Source of the DNA: Octopus bimaculoides
Lineage: Eukaryota
Direction of reading: 5' to 3'
Length of the DNA: 64,000 bases
NCBI RefSeq assembly: GCF_001194135.2
Contig: NC_068982.1
Coordinates: 156,842,733 to 156,906,732, forward strand
The translations under genes and the position numbers were made by a program. Each line of letters begins with the position of its first letter. Position 1 is the stretch's first letter. A model generated the notes under the pieces. That model saw only the letters and a program-made list of their open reading frames with translations, had not been told where the DNA came from and ran no database searches. Below are positions 26,661 to 40,933 of this stretch, one piece after another.

Positions 26661-26883
26661 TACTCCCACAAGGGGCTAAACATAGAGGGGACAAACAAGG
26701 ACAGGCAAAGGGATTAAGTAGATTAAAGCGACCCCAGTACGTAACTGGTACTTAATTTATCGACCCCGAAAGGATGAAAGGCAAAGTCGACCTCGGCGGA
26801 ATTTGAACTCAGAACATAACGGCAGACGAAATACCGCTAAGTATTTCGTCCGACGTGCTAACGTTTCTGCCAGCTCGCCGCCT
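26661..26883 (-). mobile_element. SINE family B, well-preserved full-length copy
   Basis: Reverse complement begins aggcggcgagctggcagaaacgttagcacg, has B-box gagttcaaattcc, central gcctttcatcctttcggggtcgataaattaagtaccag, and tail cccctctatgtttagccccttgtggg. Confidence 0.93.
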
Positions 26884-26884
26884 A

Positions 26885-27091
26885 CCCCGTCGTATGTTTG
26901 TGTGCGTTTCTTTGTCAACCACTATCGCTTGACAACGGTTGTTTGCCTTATGTACGTCTCCGTCGTGGTTCCTCAAAAAGTGACAGAATTAGCTTACGGA
27001 AACAAAAAAACTGGGGTCAGTTTGTTCGACTAAACCTTTCAAAGCGGTGCCTCAGTATGGGCCCCATCTGATGAATGAAACAGGTAAAAGA
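26885..27091 (+). mobile_element. SINE family A, diverged 3' half
   Basis: cccgtcgtatg..tatcgcttgacaac..ctggggtcagtttgttcgactaaacctttcaaagcggtgcctcagtatgg..gaaacaggtaaaag. Confidence 0.75.
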
Positions 27092-27600
27092 TGTTATAAG
27101 ATGAAATGAAATAGAATGAAATGAAACACTTTAATTTTAATAGCGAAATGAAATACAATCACATGAGAACGTCACGGTAAAAACTTTGCAGTCCGAGCTC
27201 GGAATTAATGCCAAAGGTTGAAATGGTACATTTCATTTGAAGACAAAAGAAAAATATTATAACAAATAATTTATGTTCTTTATTAATTGATACTACATTA
27301 CATGACTTTTGCACGATTAAGCACAATTCATATAATAGTATATTGCACATAGGTGAAAAAAAGAATGAGTTTTGTTTAATATTTTAAATATAATGGTGAT
27401 ATGAAAAAATAAACACCATCAGCCAAGTACTGAAATTTTTCGTAACATTTTCCCCAGATCTTTTCAACAAATTTGTTTCTGTTTTTTTTTGTATGACATT
27501 CGGCATTGTCATTATTTTACTTTTGTTGCTGCATTTTTGTCGTTTTCCATTGAAGCTTGATATCTATCTATTCATCTGTCTCCTCTTTCTCTCTTCCACG

Positions 27601-27632
<32 letters not shown>

Positions 27633-27728
27633 GGTACTGAAAGAGAGAGAGTGAAGTGAAAGAGAAATTGAGTTACATACGAAGCCCCCCTCTCTCTTAT
27701 CTTACATATAGATATAAGCATGATTATA

Positions 27729-27951
27729 CAGTAACCCCTCGATTATCGCCAGTGTTACGTTCTCAAACTCCACGAGATAGGTGAAAACCTGCGAAGTAGA
27801 AACAGTACTGTACTGTATATTTTTAAAAATTATTTTTATAATTTGTGTATGTTTATTTTATTATAATTGCAAAACAACATCACAGAGGAATCAACGTAAG
27901 CTTAGATAATAAACTGCGATAGGTGAACCGCGATATGGCGAGGGATTACTG
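27729..27951. mobile_element. Tigger/pogo-like MITE, 223 bp
   Basis: Imperfect TIRs cagtaacccctcgattatcgc and gcgatatggcgagggattactg. TA on the left flank; TG on the right (mutated TA). Confidence 0.75.
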
Positions 27952-28825
27952 TGTGTATGTGTATAGGGGATGTACTGCTGTTAAATACACAGCAACTATA
28001 TATATATATAAAAACAAATAGTAAATGAGTATATGCATATATACGTACAGGTATGTGCATACCGACATCCACCTGTATGTATAGGTGCATATCTGGGTAC
28101 AGGACATTGCAAACAAACGTAGACGAGAACACACGAGCCACATAGAGAACATCTCCTTCATCAGCCACCCACGTTTTAACACCGGCGTTTCGACGAGCTT
28201 GGGCAGGACGCAGATTAAATTTGTATACGCAAATTAAATCTAGCCATGNNNNNNNNNNNNNNNNNNNNNNNNNNNNNNNNNNNNNNNNNNNNNNNNNNNN
28301 NNNNNNNNNNNNNNNNNNNNNNNNNNNNNNNNNNNNNNNNNNNNNNNNNNNNNNNNNNNNNNNNNNNNNNNNNNNNNNNNNNNNNNNNNNNNNNNNNNNN
28401 NNNNNNNNNNNNNNNNNNNNNNNNNNNNNNNNNNNNNNNNNNNNNNNNNNNNNNNNNNNNNNNNNNNNNNNNNNNNNNNNNNNNNNNNNNNNNNNNNNTG
28501 TGTGTAAGAACGCGATGAGGCACGGACCCGAGAGGGACAAAGTGGTGCGTGCGTTGCTTGGCGAAAGCCAAGGAAGGAAAGGATTATTGACCGGAAGCAT
28601 GTGACTATGCCGGTGTAAAGGGAAGAGAGAGAAACAGAGGGAGGAAGTAGAAGAATAGGTGAGCAACGAGAGGAAAAGAGAAAGAGAGGAAAAACGAGGG
28701 GGAAAAAGAGATACGTAGTAGTAGCAGAGGAAGAACGAGAGGGGTAAAGCGAGATACGTAGTAGTACAGAGGAAGAACGAGGGGGGGAAGGAAAGAGAAA
28801 GAGAGTCACCAACCCAAACTATGAG

Positions 28826-28864
28826 ATGCAAATATTTTCGAATGTTTATCTCCTCTTCAGTCAC
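28826..28864 (-). ncRNA. Degenerate minimal hammerhead-like motif
   Basis: Minus strand reads guga-CUGAAGA-GGA(gauaaaca)UUC-GAA-AAUAUU-U-gcau: intact core, weak stem II, palindromic stem III, poor UUU triplet. Confidence 0.35.
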
Positions 28865-30025
28865 AGAAACCGTACAGAACTGCGAGCTGGTTCGAACATA
28901 ACCGATAAAATATTTGAACTGTGAATAACCTTGAATTTACTTAGAAACTACATTTTGCGGATAATCTATCTATTTTTTTTGTTTTAAGTTTGGCGTCTAA
29001 AGAATTAGCAACCTTACGTTTCTGTTGTGTCACTCTATGCCTGGATCTATTATTAATACTCTGACTAAAGAGTGATTGTTTTATTCAGCTTAATTCTTTG
29101 TGCACTTCTCTGTTTCCGGAGAAGAAATTTAATGCACGTCATTTGAATGTTTTTACTAGATTAATGGACAATCGGTATATGCATGTATATACATCTTTTG
29201 TGTAAACGAATGTCATGTGTTTGTTTTTATCCCTGTTGCTGAAAATTCATTTCAAGGAATAGAACTATATTTGTACTGGTCTACTTCATAAATATTGGTA
29301 CGAAGTATTTTGATGAAACTTACTTAAATTCCTCAATACCTTGCGATGTGTTTATTATAATGCTATACTACACATCTTGTTTATTACACATATTTATGTC
29401 GTTGTATCGTCATGCACTGCAATGAACTCAAAAGTGTAGAAACTATAAAACACGAAAGTCTGGTACACTAAATACAACATGTCTAGAATAGAAGCGGTTG
29501 AAAATAAATCCATTTATGTATGTATATGTGAATGTAGACACACATATACAGACACATACAAGCACAAACACGCACTCACAAATTCAAACACATATATATA
29601 TATATAATGAAGTAATCACGATGTTCTGGTGATCTGATGAGCTAGTTTTCTATAGGTGCATTTTGATTCTCTTTACGTTTCCTTCTTCTGGTGAGGAGCT
29701 AATACTGGAGACGTTAAAAATTTCATTCTAACTTCATTCTGTTATGAGACATTGGCGATAATAATCAGAATTTTTATTGCATTTCATCTCACCTTTAGTT
29801 TTTCTATGTGTGTGTGTGTGTGTGTGTAGAAAGAGAGACTGACTGGGATTTTGAAATCATTTGTATGAAACGTACTACGTACTTGGTATAGATATGTCGC
29901 TGGAGGAACTTTCAGTTTGCAATACGCGAGAAAGATATTTGGAAGAAAACGTAGTTTCAAATACGATGCGAGGGATCTTCACTTTGAATAAGAGAATTAG
30001 AAGATTCGACATATACATACATACA

Positions 30026-30099
<74 letters not shown>

Positions 30100-31251
30100 A
30101 ACATCCTTTTCCAACACGTATATGAGAGAAAAGGATGTAGGATATAAATTTATTGTGAGATCATTAAAAAAACATTAGCAAGAATGTTCGCTGAGACGAA
30201 CTAATGAAGATGTATGCATAAGTGCATGTTTTTCCTCTGTGTGCATGTATGGATTTGTAGTAATATATGATTGACTGTTCGTGTGCCTATGTTTCTGTGA
30301 GCTTGTATTATTTGTATTTTTGTTTACGAGCGCATGTCTGTTTACCAGCATGTGTGTGTGTGTGTATGTGTGTGACGCTGTGTGTTTTTTGAGGGTGTTT
30401 TTGTACATGTATATACGAGCGTGTGGCATCTAAGATTATGTGTGAATGGGTGTATGTGTTTGTTTATTCTTTGTGTGTGTTTACACGTACGGTTGAAGGA
30501 GCTCCTGAAATGGGAAGAACCTATTTTTTTGGGAATCTTAAGGGTTTATAGCACAGATATTTTGGAGAAAGAAAGTGAGGAAAAAGAGACAATGATTACG
30601 ACAGGGATATANNNNNNNNNNNNNNNNNNNNNNNNNNNNNNNNNNNNNNNNNNNNNNNNNNNNNNNNNNNNNNNNNNNNNNNNNNNNNNNNNNNNNNNNN
30701 NNNNNNNNNNNNNNNNNNNNNNNNNNNNNNNNNNNNNNNNNNNNNNNNNNNNNNNNNNNNNNNNNNNNNNNNNNNNNNNNNNNNNNNNNNNNNNNNNNNN
30801 NNNNNNNNNNNNNNNNNNNNNNNNNNNNNNNNNNNNNNNNNNNNNNNNNNNNNNNNNNNNNNNNNNNNNNNNNNNNNNNNNNNNNNNNNNNNNNNNNNNN
30901 NNNNNNNNNNNNNNNNNNNNNNNNNNNNNNNNNNNNNNNNNNNNNNNNNNNNNNNNNNNNNNNNNNNNNNNNNNNNNNNNNNNNNNNNNNNNNNNNNNNN
31001 NNNNNNNNNNNNNNNNNNNNNNNNNNNNNNNNNNNNNNNNNNNNNNNNNNNNNNNNNNNNNNNNNNNNNNNNNNNNNNNNNNNNNNNNNNNNNNNNNNNN
31101 NNNNNNNNNNNNNNNNNNNNNNNNNNNNNNNNNNNNNNNNNNNNNNNNNNNNNNNNNNNNNNNNNNNNNNNNNNNNNNNNNNNNNNNNNNNNNNNNNNNN
31201 NNNTATATATATATATATATATATTTAAATATATATATAGATATAATATAC

Positions 31252-31283
<32 letters not shown>

Positions 31284-31285
31284 TT

Positions 31286-31324
<39 letters not shown>

Positions 31325-31487
31325 AAAGTGGAGTGATACAGAAAAAGAGTTTTAAATTATAAAAGAGTGTATGCGCAAAAACTAGGGAGGGAGAGAAAAA
31401 AGATTAAAATTTAGGCAAAGACAAAACGAGAGAGGAAGAGAGAGCGAAATTAAGACAGATTGAAAGTGAAGGATAGAGAGATACAGT

Positions 31488-31523
<36 letters not shown>

Positions 31524-32045
31524 GACAGAGAGAGAAAGAGAGGAGGGACAGAGATATATATATTGGTGGGAGGGTAAAATGAGAATTATATGAGAAATTC
31601 AATGTTAAAAAACAAAAAGAGACTGAAATCAAAAATGGTAGGTGAACATTCCATAAGTGTCTGCGGGGCTCACTATGCTAAGTGCCCATCAACTTTAATG
31701 GCGTTAACATATACTTAATTACTAGTTTCACATACCTAATCAATTTTATGCTTCCCGCACAGCTCAACGGTTGAGGGAGTGGAAGTGGTTGGGAGACAGA
31801 ATGGGGCAGGAGTAGTGCCTCTCGCCAACGTGCAAGTGAGCGTGTATGTGTGTGTGTATGTGTGTGCACGAGTGCATGTATATATATGAATGCATGTAAT
31901 ACAATATATTTATACACAAACACACGCATACATGCATACAAATATATGTATATATATATATATATGTGTATATGAATATGAATGTACGTATGAATATGCA
32001 ACTGTACATACATATTTACTTGTATGTGTAAATATATACATTGAA

Positions 32046-32098
<53 letters not shown>

Positions 32099-32334
32099 CT
32101 ATATATATGTGTGTGTATGTGTGTGTGTGTATATGCATATATATATGTACATACATATATGCATATGCATATATATGTATATGCATATATTTATAAATTT
32201 CTACTTACGTGCATTCATATATACATACATACATACATACATACATACGTATGTACATACATATTCGTGCATTTACTTATGAATGAAGTATATATTCATA
32301 AATATAGGTATACACACATAGGGCGGCGCTTCCA

Positions 32335-32381
<47 letters not shown>

Positions 32382-34126
32382 ATCATACGCATACACAAAT
32401 ACGCACAGAGATGTACCCTAACACTATGAAACAGATAGAGACGGCTGCGTATGCTGCGTGTCCTCACTACTGGGGGCTGCATATTTAATATCTTCATTAC
32501 GACCTTTGTTAGTAAAAATTCTGTGACAAAGCGCCAGCAAATAGCTACGGGCCGTTGTTCGTAGACGTTGTTGTGTGATGTCCATCAAGACTTCAGAACT
32601 ATCATTAACATTGTCATCAATATTGTCAGCGCTGTTTTGTCATCATCAACATTAACATCATTGTAGCATTGTTGTCATAGTTATTCGTACACTTTCTTTT
32701 TTTCCTTCACTGACACTCCTCCTTATCCTGCATCAACTCCTTCTCCTTCACTTTCCCCTCCTCCTCCTCCTGCAGCTCCGCTTTAACGTCGCCATCATTA
32801 TCCTTCTCGATTCCTTTCTTGGTCTCACACAATTTATAGGTTTAGCTTCCAACAATGCCCGTAGCTTTCTCTCTAACCACTGGAGCCGTCAACATATCTA
32901 CCACCACCACCGCCACCGCCACCACCACCGCCACCCCACCAACACCACCTACAACAACATCAACGCCGCCTGCGCCGCCACCGTAGTCGAAAACCACCTC
33001 CTTCTTTACCGCCGTGTATCGTTAACATCATCACAATGCCACAATTAACATTAGCGTTGTCATTAATATTATTGTTTAATTATCAGCTTTCACAATGTTT
33101 TANNNNNNNNNNNNNNNNNNNNNNNNNNNNNNNNNNNNNNNNNNNNNNNNNNNNNNNNNNNNNNNNNNNNNNNNNNNNNNNNNNNNNNNNNNNNNNNNNN
33201 NNNNNNNNNNNNNNNNNNNNNNNNNNNNNNNNNNNNNNNNNNNNNNNNNNNNNNNNNNNNNNNNNNNNNNNNNNNNNNNNNNNNNNNNNNNNNNNNNNNN
33301 NNNNNNNNNNNNNNNNNNNNNNNNNNNNNNNNNNNNNNNNNNNNNNNNNNNNNNNNNNNNNNNNNNNNNNNNNNNNNNNNNNNNNNNNNNNNNNNNNNNN
33401 NNNNNNNNNNNNNNNNNNNNNNNNNNNNNNNNNNNNNNNNNNNNNNNNNNNNNNNNNNNNNNNNNNNNNNNNNNNNNNNNNNNNNNNNNNNNNNNNNNNN
33501 NNNNNNNNNNNNNNNNNNNNNNNNNNNNNNNNNNNNNNNNNNNNNNNNNNNNNNNNNNNNNNNNNNNNNNNNNNNNNNNNNNNNNNNNNNNNNNNNNNNN
33601 NNNNNNNNNNNNNNNNNNNNNNNNNNNNNNNNNNNNNNNNNNNNNNNNNTATATATATATATATATATGCATATGTGGACACAGGACTTCACAAAACATA
33701 AACAACCAATAATATGAAGTACGAGGATATGGAATAAGCATTTTTTTTTTGCAAGTAATGAAAGAAACAAAAGAGAATACAAGACAAGCAATACAAAGAA
33801 CGACCCTCCATCAGTTTCGGCTGTCTTTCCAGTGCGTATTTCGAGCAATTTCCCACAAGATACGCCCCCGATAAAACAGTTGCTCCCGTAAAGCAAATTA
33901 AATAAAATTTGCGATCTTGCGGAGGGTCAAGTTGGTGACAAAAACAGGACAGTGAAAACAGACAGGGAGGGCTGCTAAGCCTAAACGAGGTTGTGTTGGC
34001 AAACGCGAGGAAACAAGCCTGGACAGGAGACGGAGAACAATACGTCTTCCCTGTCGAACTGAAACGGGAAGAAATAAAGAAACACAGTTTAGGAGAATAG
34101 CCGGTAGTCACGTGAGCAAAGGAAGA

Positions 34127-34160
<34 letters not shown>

Positions 34161-35000
34161 TGAGAGAGAGAGGGTGAGAGAGAGAGAGAGAGAGTGAGTG
34201 ACAGACAGAACTGTGAAGGGGAAAGGAAAAGATTTAGAGACAGGAAAAGAGAGAATAAAAGGAGAGAGAGGGAGAAGGGGAGGCAAAAGTACAAGAGAAA
34301 TGTAGAGAGAAAATGAAAGAGCAAATATATTTATATATACATATAAATTGAGGGAGTGGAAGAGGTAAAATCCAAGCTACACATGTTTCCAAGCTAGTAA
34401 ATCTTCTTATGTGTTAATTACGCAACAAGGGGTGGTCAGCTAGATACTCATCAGACCGTGGATACCTTAATAATATGAAGTTTACATTGTCGTTTGCGTA
34501 TCTCAAGTTAACTCACCGATTATGCCATTTGAAAGGAATGGTGAAGCCGAAACAGAATTAAAAAAAAAAACAAATAGTAAAAAATGCTTACAATAAGATA
34601 TCGATGTGTGTGTATGTGTGTGTGTATGCGTGTACGTGCATGTGTAAATTGTTCGTAGGTTGTATGCATATACATTTAAATTATGGATTCAATTATTAAA
34701 TCTTTACTTGTGTTTTACGGTAACTCGATTTAACAAAGACATCATGAATCCACATAAATAAGTTTCTAATTTTTCTTTCTGTAACCTGTTGGTGCATGAA
34801 TGTCTAAAAGAATAATTACATTTTTTTCATAGAGTTATTAAACTTAATTATCATTTTCCTAAATATTTATAATAGATCTTATATTAGACAGATCTGCTCA
34901 TCCAATCCGAGTATTCGTGTTCCACTTGTAATTTTACAAAAATAAATACTCGAATTTTTTCATCTATTTCCTACGTTTATCGAAATATATTCGCATAGAC

Positions 35001-35118
35001 TGTTCCAGGTTCAGTGCCACCGCGTGTCACCTTGGGCCAAATGTTTTCTACTATAGCCTCGGGCCGATCAAAGCCTTATGAGTGGATTTGGTAGACGGAA
35101 ACTGAAAGAAGCCCGTCG

Positions 35119-35171
<53 letters not shown>

Positions 35172-35377
35172 ATATTCTTGTGTGTGTGTCTTTGTTTCTC
35201 CGCCCAACGTCGTTTGACAACCGATGCTGGTGTGTTAATGTCCTCGTAACATTAGCGGTTCGGCAAAATAAGTAGCAGACTTACAAAGAACAAGTCCTGG
35301 AGTCGATTTGTTGGACTAAAACCCTTCAAGGTGGTGCTCCTGCATGAACGCAGTCAAATGACTGAAGCATGTAAAAG
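35001..35377 (+). mobile_element. SINE family A, 5'-truncated, internal (TA)(TG) tract
   Basis: Colinear body and tail with other family A copies. Confidence 0.9.
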
Positions 35378-35500
35378 TCTAATAGAGTATACTAAATGTT
35401 ATTCATGTATTTTTCTTCTCATGAGTCTGTCACATTAGAAACTGAAAGATTTCTTTTTTTTGTGTTAATATACTAACATACAAAATGAATTTTAATATAG

Positions 35501-35990
<490 letters not shown>

Positions 35991-36391
35991 AATATAAATA
36001 TATTTGCTAAGTCAAAACTATAACTCTTTACTTCATACTCTCGATGGGGTTATAGGTCTATGTACGGGCTTTTATTAAAACTTTCATGCAGTAACTATTT
36101 ATCTACTTTCACTGAAAGCAAATATTTTTATCGATTATTTTACTATATAGTAACTAATTCCATTATACACGATTAATCTATGTATGTCCACATTGATATC
36201 ATAACATTGTTCTTATACACAGCTTAGTTATCTCAGTACTCATGAGTATATTAGAAGGCCGTCTTTTATTCTGCCAATTTTTCTAACGAATCCTTCCAGC
36301 TTTGAGCAAAGTTATTTGTTATTTAATTTTATAATAATTCTTCATGAGAACATCTAATTATGTGTGCGTTTTGCGTGTGTTATGTTGTGTT

Positions 36392-36458
<67 letters not shown>

Positions 36459-38380
36459 NNNNNNNNNNNNNNNNNNNNNNNNNNNNNNNNNNNNNNNNNN
36501 NNNNNNNNNNNNNNNNNNNNNNNNNNNNNNNNNNNNNNNNNNNNNNNNNNNNNNNNNNNNNNNNNNNNNNNNNNNNNNNNNNNNNNNNNNNNNNNNNNNN
36601 NNNNNNNNNNNNNNNNNNNNNNNNNNNNNNNNNNNNNNNNNNNNNNNNNNNNNNNNNNNNNNNNNNNNNNNNNNNNNNNNNNNNNNNNNNNNNNNNNNNN
36701 NNNNNNNNNNNNNNNNNNNNNNNNNNNNNNNNNNNNNNNNNNNNNNNNNNNNNNNNNNNNNNNNNNNNNNNNNNNNNNNNNNNNNNNNNNNNNNNNNNNN
36801 NNNNNNNNNNNNNNNNNNNNNNNNNNNNNNNNNNNNNNNNNNNNNNNNNNNNNNNNNNNNNNNNNNNNNNNNNNNNNNNNNNNNNNNNNNNNNNNNNNNN
36901 NNNNNNNNNNNNNNNNNNNNNNNNNNNNNNNNNNNNNNNNNNNNNNNNNNNNNNNNNNNNNNNNNNNNNNNNNNNNNNNNNNNNNNNNNNNNNNNNNNNN
37001 NNNNNNNNNNNNNNNNNNNNNNNNNNNNNNNNNNNNNNNNNNNNNNNNNNNNNNNNNNNNNNNNNNNNNNNNNNNNNNNNNNNNNNNNNNNNNNNNNNNN
37101 NNNNNNNNNNNNNNNNNNNNNNNNNNNNNNNNNNNNNNNNNNNNNNNNNNNNNNNNNNNNNNNNNNNNNNNNNNNNNNNNNNNNNNNNNNNNNNNNNNNN
37201 NNNNNNNNNNNNNNNNNNNNNNNNNNNNNNNNNNNNNNNNNNNNNNNNNNNNNNNNNATATATATATATATATATATATATAAAATTTTATGAATGTATG
37301 TTTGTGAGTGTGTGTTTGTTTATATATGTATGCATACATGCATGCACATATCTTTATTTTTGTGTGTGCATGCGTGTACGTGAATGCGTATGTATGGCAA
37401 ACAAAAGAGAAAAAACACAAAGGTATTGAATGTAAATCTTTGTTGAGGTATTGGAATTACTAACTATTATATGTCAATCTTCCGCGAACAACGCTGATAC
37501 GTGATAAGCTAAAATCAGTGTAATAACAAAGACTGAACTGTGTGTGTATTTGTGTGTGTATGTGTGAGCATGTGTGGATGTTGAAAGATCAGAAAGATGC
37601 AGAATTATGGATTACAATGGCTGATTATCTATTACATGTATCCCAGTATGTTTCAGATCTGGAGCACAATTCATATTTCTATTGGTAATATTGATACTAA
37701 TGCTTAGAAAATGTAAACAACGTTTTATAAGTTGACTGTATAATTACTTAGTTAATTGTGATTATTATTTGTTATATAGTAAAATATAATTGCTACTTAA
37801 TTTGTATTTTTCACATTGTTAAACGATAAAATTGAGTTTATGAAACTGGTTATAGCCTCAGAAATAAAAGAAAATGTTGAATTAGCATTTACAAAGTTAT
37901 CTAAATAAAAAATAATCATGTTTAAATGAAATCACATTATTTTTGTATAAACAGAAAACATATATTAGGATGTTGATAATTATACTTGAAATATGAAGCA
38001 TTTCGATTTATGATATGTTATCCTATAATGTTTTACGTGAATAATTTCCTGCATGAGCATGCGTTTTAGGTGAGAACTCTAATAATCATATCAACTATAG
38101 TAGTTGAGTAGTGATTACTTAATCGATCATTAAATGAATAAAAAGCCAATATGATTTTGGTTCAATATGAACTTCAAAATTTAGTGACCTTAACTAAATA
38201 CCGTAAGGAATTTTACCTGGCCCTCTTCTGAAGTCTGGCAACAATATGTAATTACTGGACCAACAAAAATAAACAATAAAAATTGATGTACAAACAATAC
38301 AAGGATTCATAATGGATTATTCGAATGCAAGAAACAGAAAGCTACCCATTTCGCATTCTCACCAATTATATAGATCATAC

Positions 38381-38544
38381 CCACGCTTCGTGTCCTCAAA
38401 AATAATAGGATAGATATACCGATAAACATTCTACGTAACGTAAATAATATGCTAAATATGAAAACAGTCTGCGTATGTGAATGACAGAGCATGGTATTAC
38501 AGCAAACACCACTATTCATGGCTCTTTCTACACTAAATTTCACC
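38381..38544 (-). CDS. Candidate first coding exon (ATG at 38519) encoding a hydrophobic, signal-peptide-like N-terminus
   Basis: Acceptor tgtgtttgtttgcag| and donor G|GTATGA. Start context gagccATGa. Peptide MNSGVCCNTMLCHSHTQTVFIFSILFTLRRMFIGISILLFLRTRSV ends at a phase-1 intron, in a repeat-poor block. No homology recognised. Confidence 0.3.
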
Positions 38545-40933
38545 CTGCAAACAAACACACATGAAAAACAGTCCCGAAAAGCATCATAACAACAAAACTC
38601 CTCCTATTGAGTTCATTTAAAGAAATACACATTCTAACACCCCACACCGAGCGCGCATGCACAGACCAAGTCTCTCACACACACACACACTCACACACAC
38701 TCAGTTGAGTCAGAACATAAAGTACGTGACCATTAAAGGTCTCACTAGTCTCAATAAAGTGCTTTGATTGATACCAACAATAATAAGTGAGGAGTGACAG
38801 CATGTTGGACGCAGACACTCATACTTTTATTCTTTACTACGGTCAATACCATAATCTGCAGGCTCAAATGAGGGAGCGTATTCTACGCGGTCACAGGATC
38901 TGCAAGAATAGCAGCAAAACTTTCCTCACGGCACATCTGACTGTCAGTGTTATTTCCAAACAAAAAAATAAAAAGGGAGAAAAGCCATTCAAAAATAGGA
39001 CTCAAAATTTGCAAATCCTGATGTTATCACACTATACATCGCACTCCGGAGATTTTGATCATAATGTTATAATTGATAGCTAACCTGTATGTAAATGATA
39101 TCAACAACGGTAACAAGAAAAAAAGTATAAGACTGGACAGTGGAGATGAAAAGTAAAATATGCCCCAAATATCCTAGAACATTACTCGCAATACACCCAT
39201 TAATATCCGAATGTCCAGTGTGTTACTCAGGTAGATGGATAAATTTAGAGCAAAAGGTATATGAAACGAAATTAATTATCCCACAGTTTATATTAGTCAT
39301 ACAGTTCTGTATGATCTTTGATGACCTGGGTCTATACCACTACAGCAACAACAACAACAACAAAACCGCGTATCTTTAAGTGAATACATATAGAAAAAAA
39401 AGATGATTGACCCACTAACCCACTGACTCATTGAAAAAGATTTTATCTAAGAACGTGCTTTCATATAGGACTGTTCCGGAAACTTATAATTCGCTGGCGC
39501 CATAACTTAACCCTTTATCTGGACTCTGAAGAAATGGTCGCTGTTAGTGGTTTCTCACCTCGCTTCTAATGGTCTAGTGCTGTTCAGATTCGCATCAACT
39601 TTGTTTTAGCAGAACCGTATGATCAAAGGCGTTTCAGCAGTAATCATCCCATCAAATATTCAGCCATAATGTAGCTGAGGCTAACATTGCCCAAAGGTTC
39701 ATTCCTTTTCGAAGACAATACTATTCTATTTCAAGGGTTTTTTTCCCTCCTATTTCTAACCACTGTGCAGCTACGAAGAGACTATATTATTGGCGATAAG
39801 ACTGAAGGTGGAAAGGAAGTAGTGGAGATGAAATACTTGAGGAAGAAGGGAAATATAATGTCGCAGTTAAAAAGGAAGAAAGAGGAGGAGGAGAAGAAGA
39901 GAAAGAAGACGAAGAAAAAGATTAAGAAGAAGAAGAAAAGGAAAAAGAAAATGAAGAAGAATGATTGAGTGAATGAATAAATGAATGAACGAACGAACGA
40001 ATGAGCATGAAAAATATCAATAATTAAGATAAAGAAAGGTAAAAACGTAAGTGAAAGAAATATCTAAGAAGAATGGTCAAAAGCAAATATGGAAGAGAAT
40101 AGAAAATGAAGGAAAGACAAGATTGAGATGCATGAAGAATAGGATAGAATGGCAAGTGATAGTGGAATGTTGAATCTTATGTCGGTATAAACATTCAAGG
40201 GTATATATTTTTTTTTATATTTCGGACTAAACCTGAAATGTAGAAGTTCAATGAAATACTTAAATTCTAAATTTTTTTCGCAGTACCTTTAGAGAATTGA
40301 GTGTGAACACGAAACCTGCTCTTGACATGAACTTCTATTTGCTGAAATTTGGAAGTTATAAACAAGTTAATAAATACAACCGTAAGAAGTGAATAAATAA
40401 GAATTGAAATTAAACATTTCAGAAAAGTTTTCAAGGAATATATTTGCTAAACGAAAAGCAAATGTAAATTTTAAAAGAAAACGCCGCATCGCAAAATCGT
40501 AAATTCATAAAATAAAGGTTTTTTAAAATTTTCATTTATTATTATTTTTTTATGAAACTTTTTTGGTGTACAGCTAAAGGTTAGAAATTAAGGTATGAAA
40601 TAAGAAAAATCTATATACTTTTGGAATATGTCTTAAATCGTTATACGAGAAAAAATATTTTTCGTTGCTATGACTTTATGTCCAAAAGGCATTCTAGTCG
40701 TGACCATTTAATCAGTTCATAGATATTTCCTCACAGGTCACTTGAGCTAATGAATTCTACTCTTGTTTTATTTGGGGGCAAATTGGCTGTTTATAAAAAA
40801 GATCTGTTTAAATACAGATCAATCAGATATCATTACAATATTGTAATATGCTCGGTTTTCGTGACAGTAAGAAAAATATTACAATCCTTAGTTTAAAGAA
40901 TCTGTTGGTTACGTTATTGTGTGATATTTTTCT

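Noticed and set aside
28140-28245. GAAAC and CUGAUGA on the minus strand in type-II hammerhead order, plus a nearby imperfect palindrome
   Set aside because: Stems I and II do not form in the required register.
29867-29890. GAAACGUACUACGUA hairpin resembling hammerhead stem III
   Set aside because: No CUGANGA or stem II upstream.
33689-34324. 211-aa minus-strand ORF
   Set aside because: The first third is (CT)n-derived and the rest shows no recognisable protein features; kept only as a non-coding candidate.
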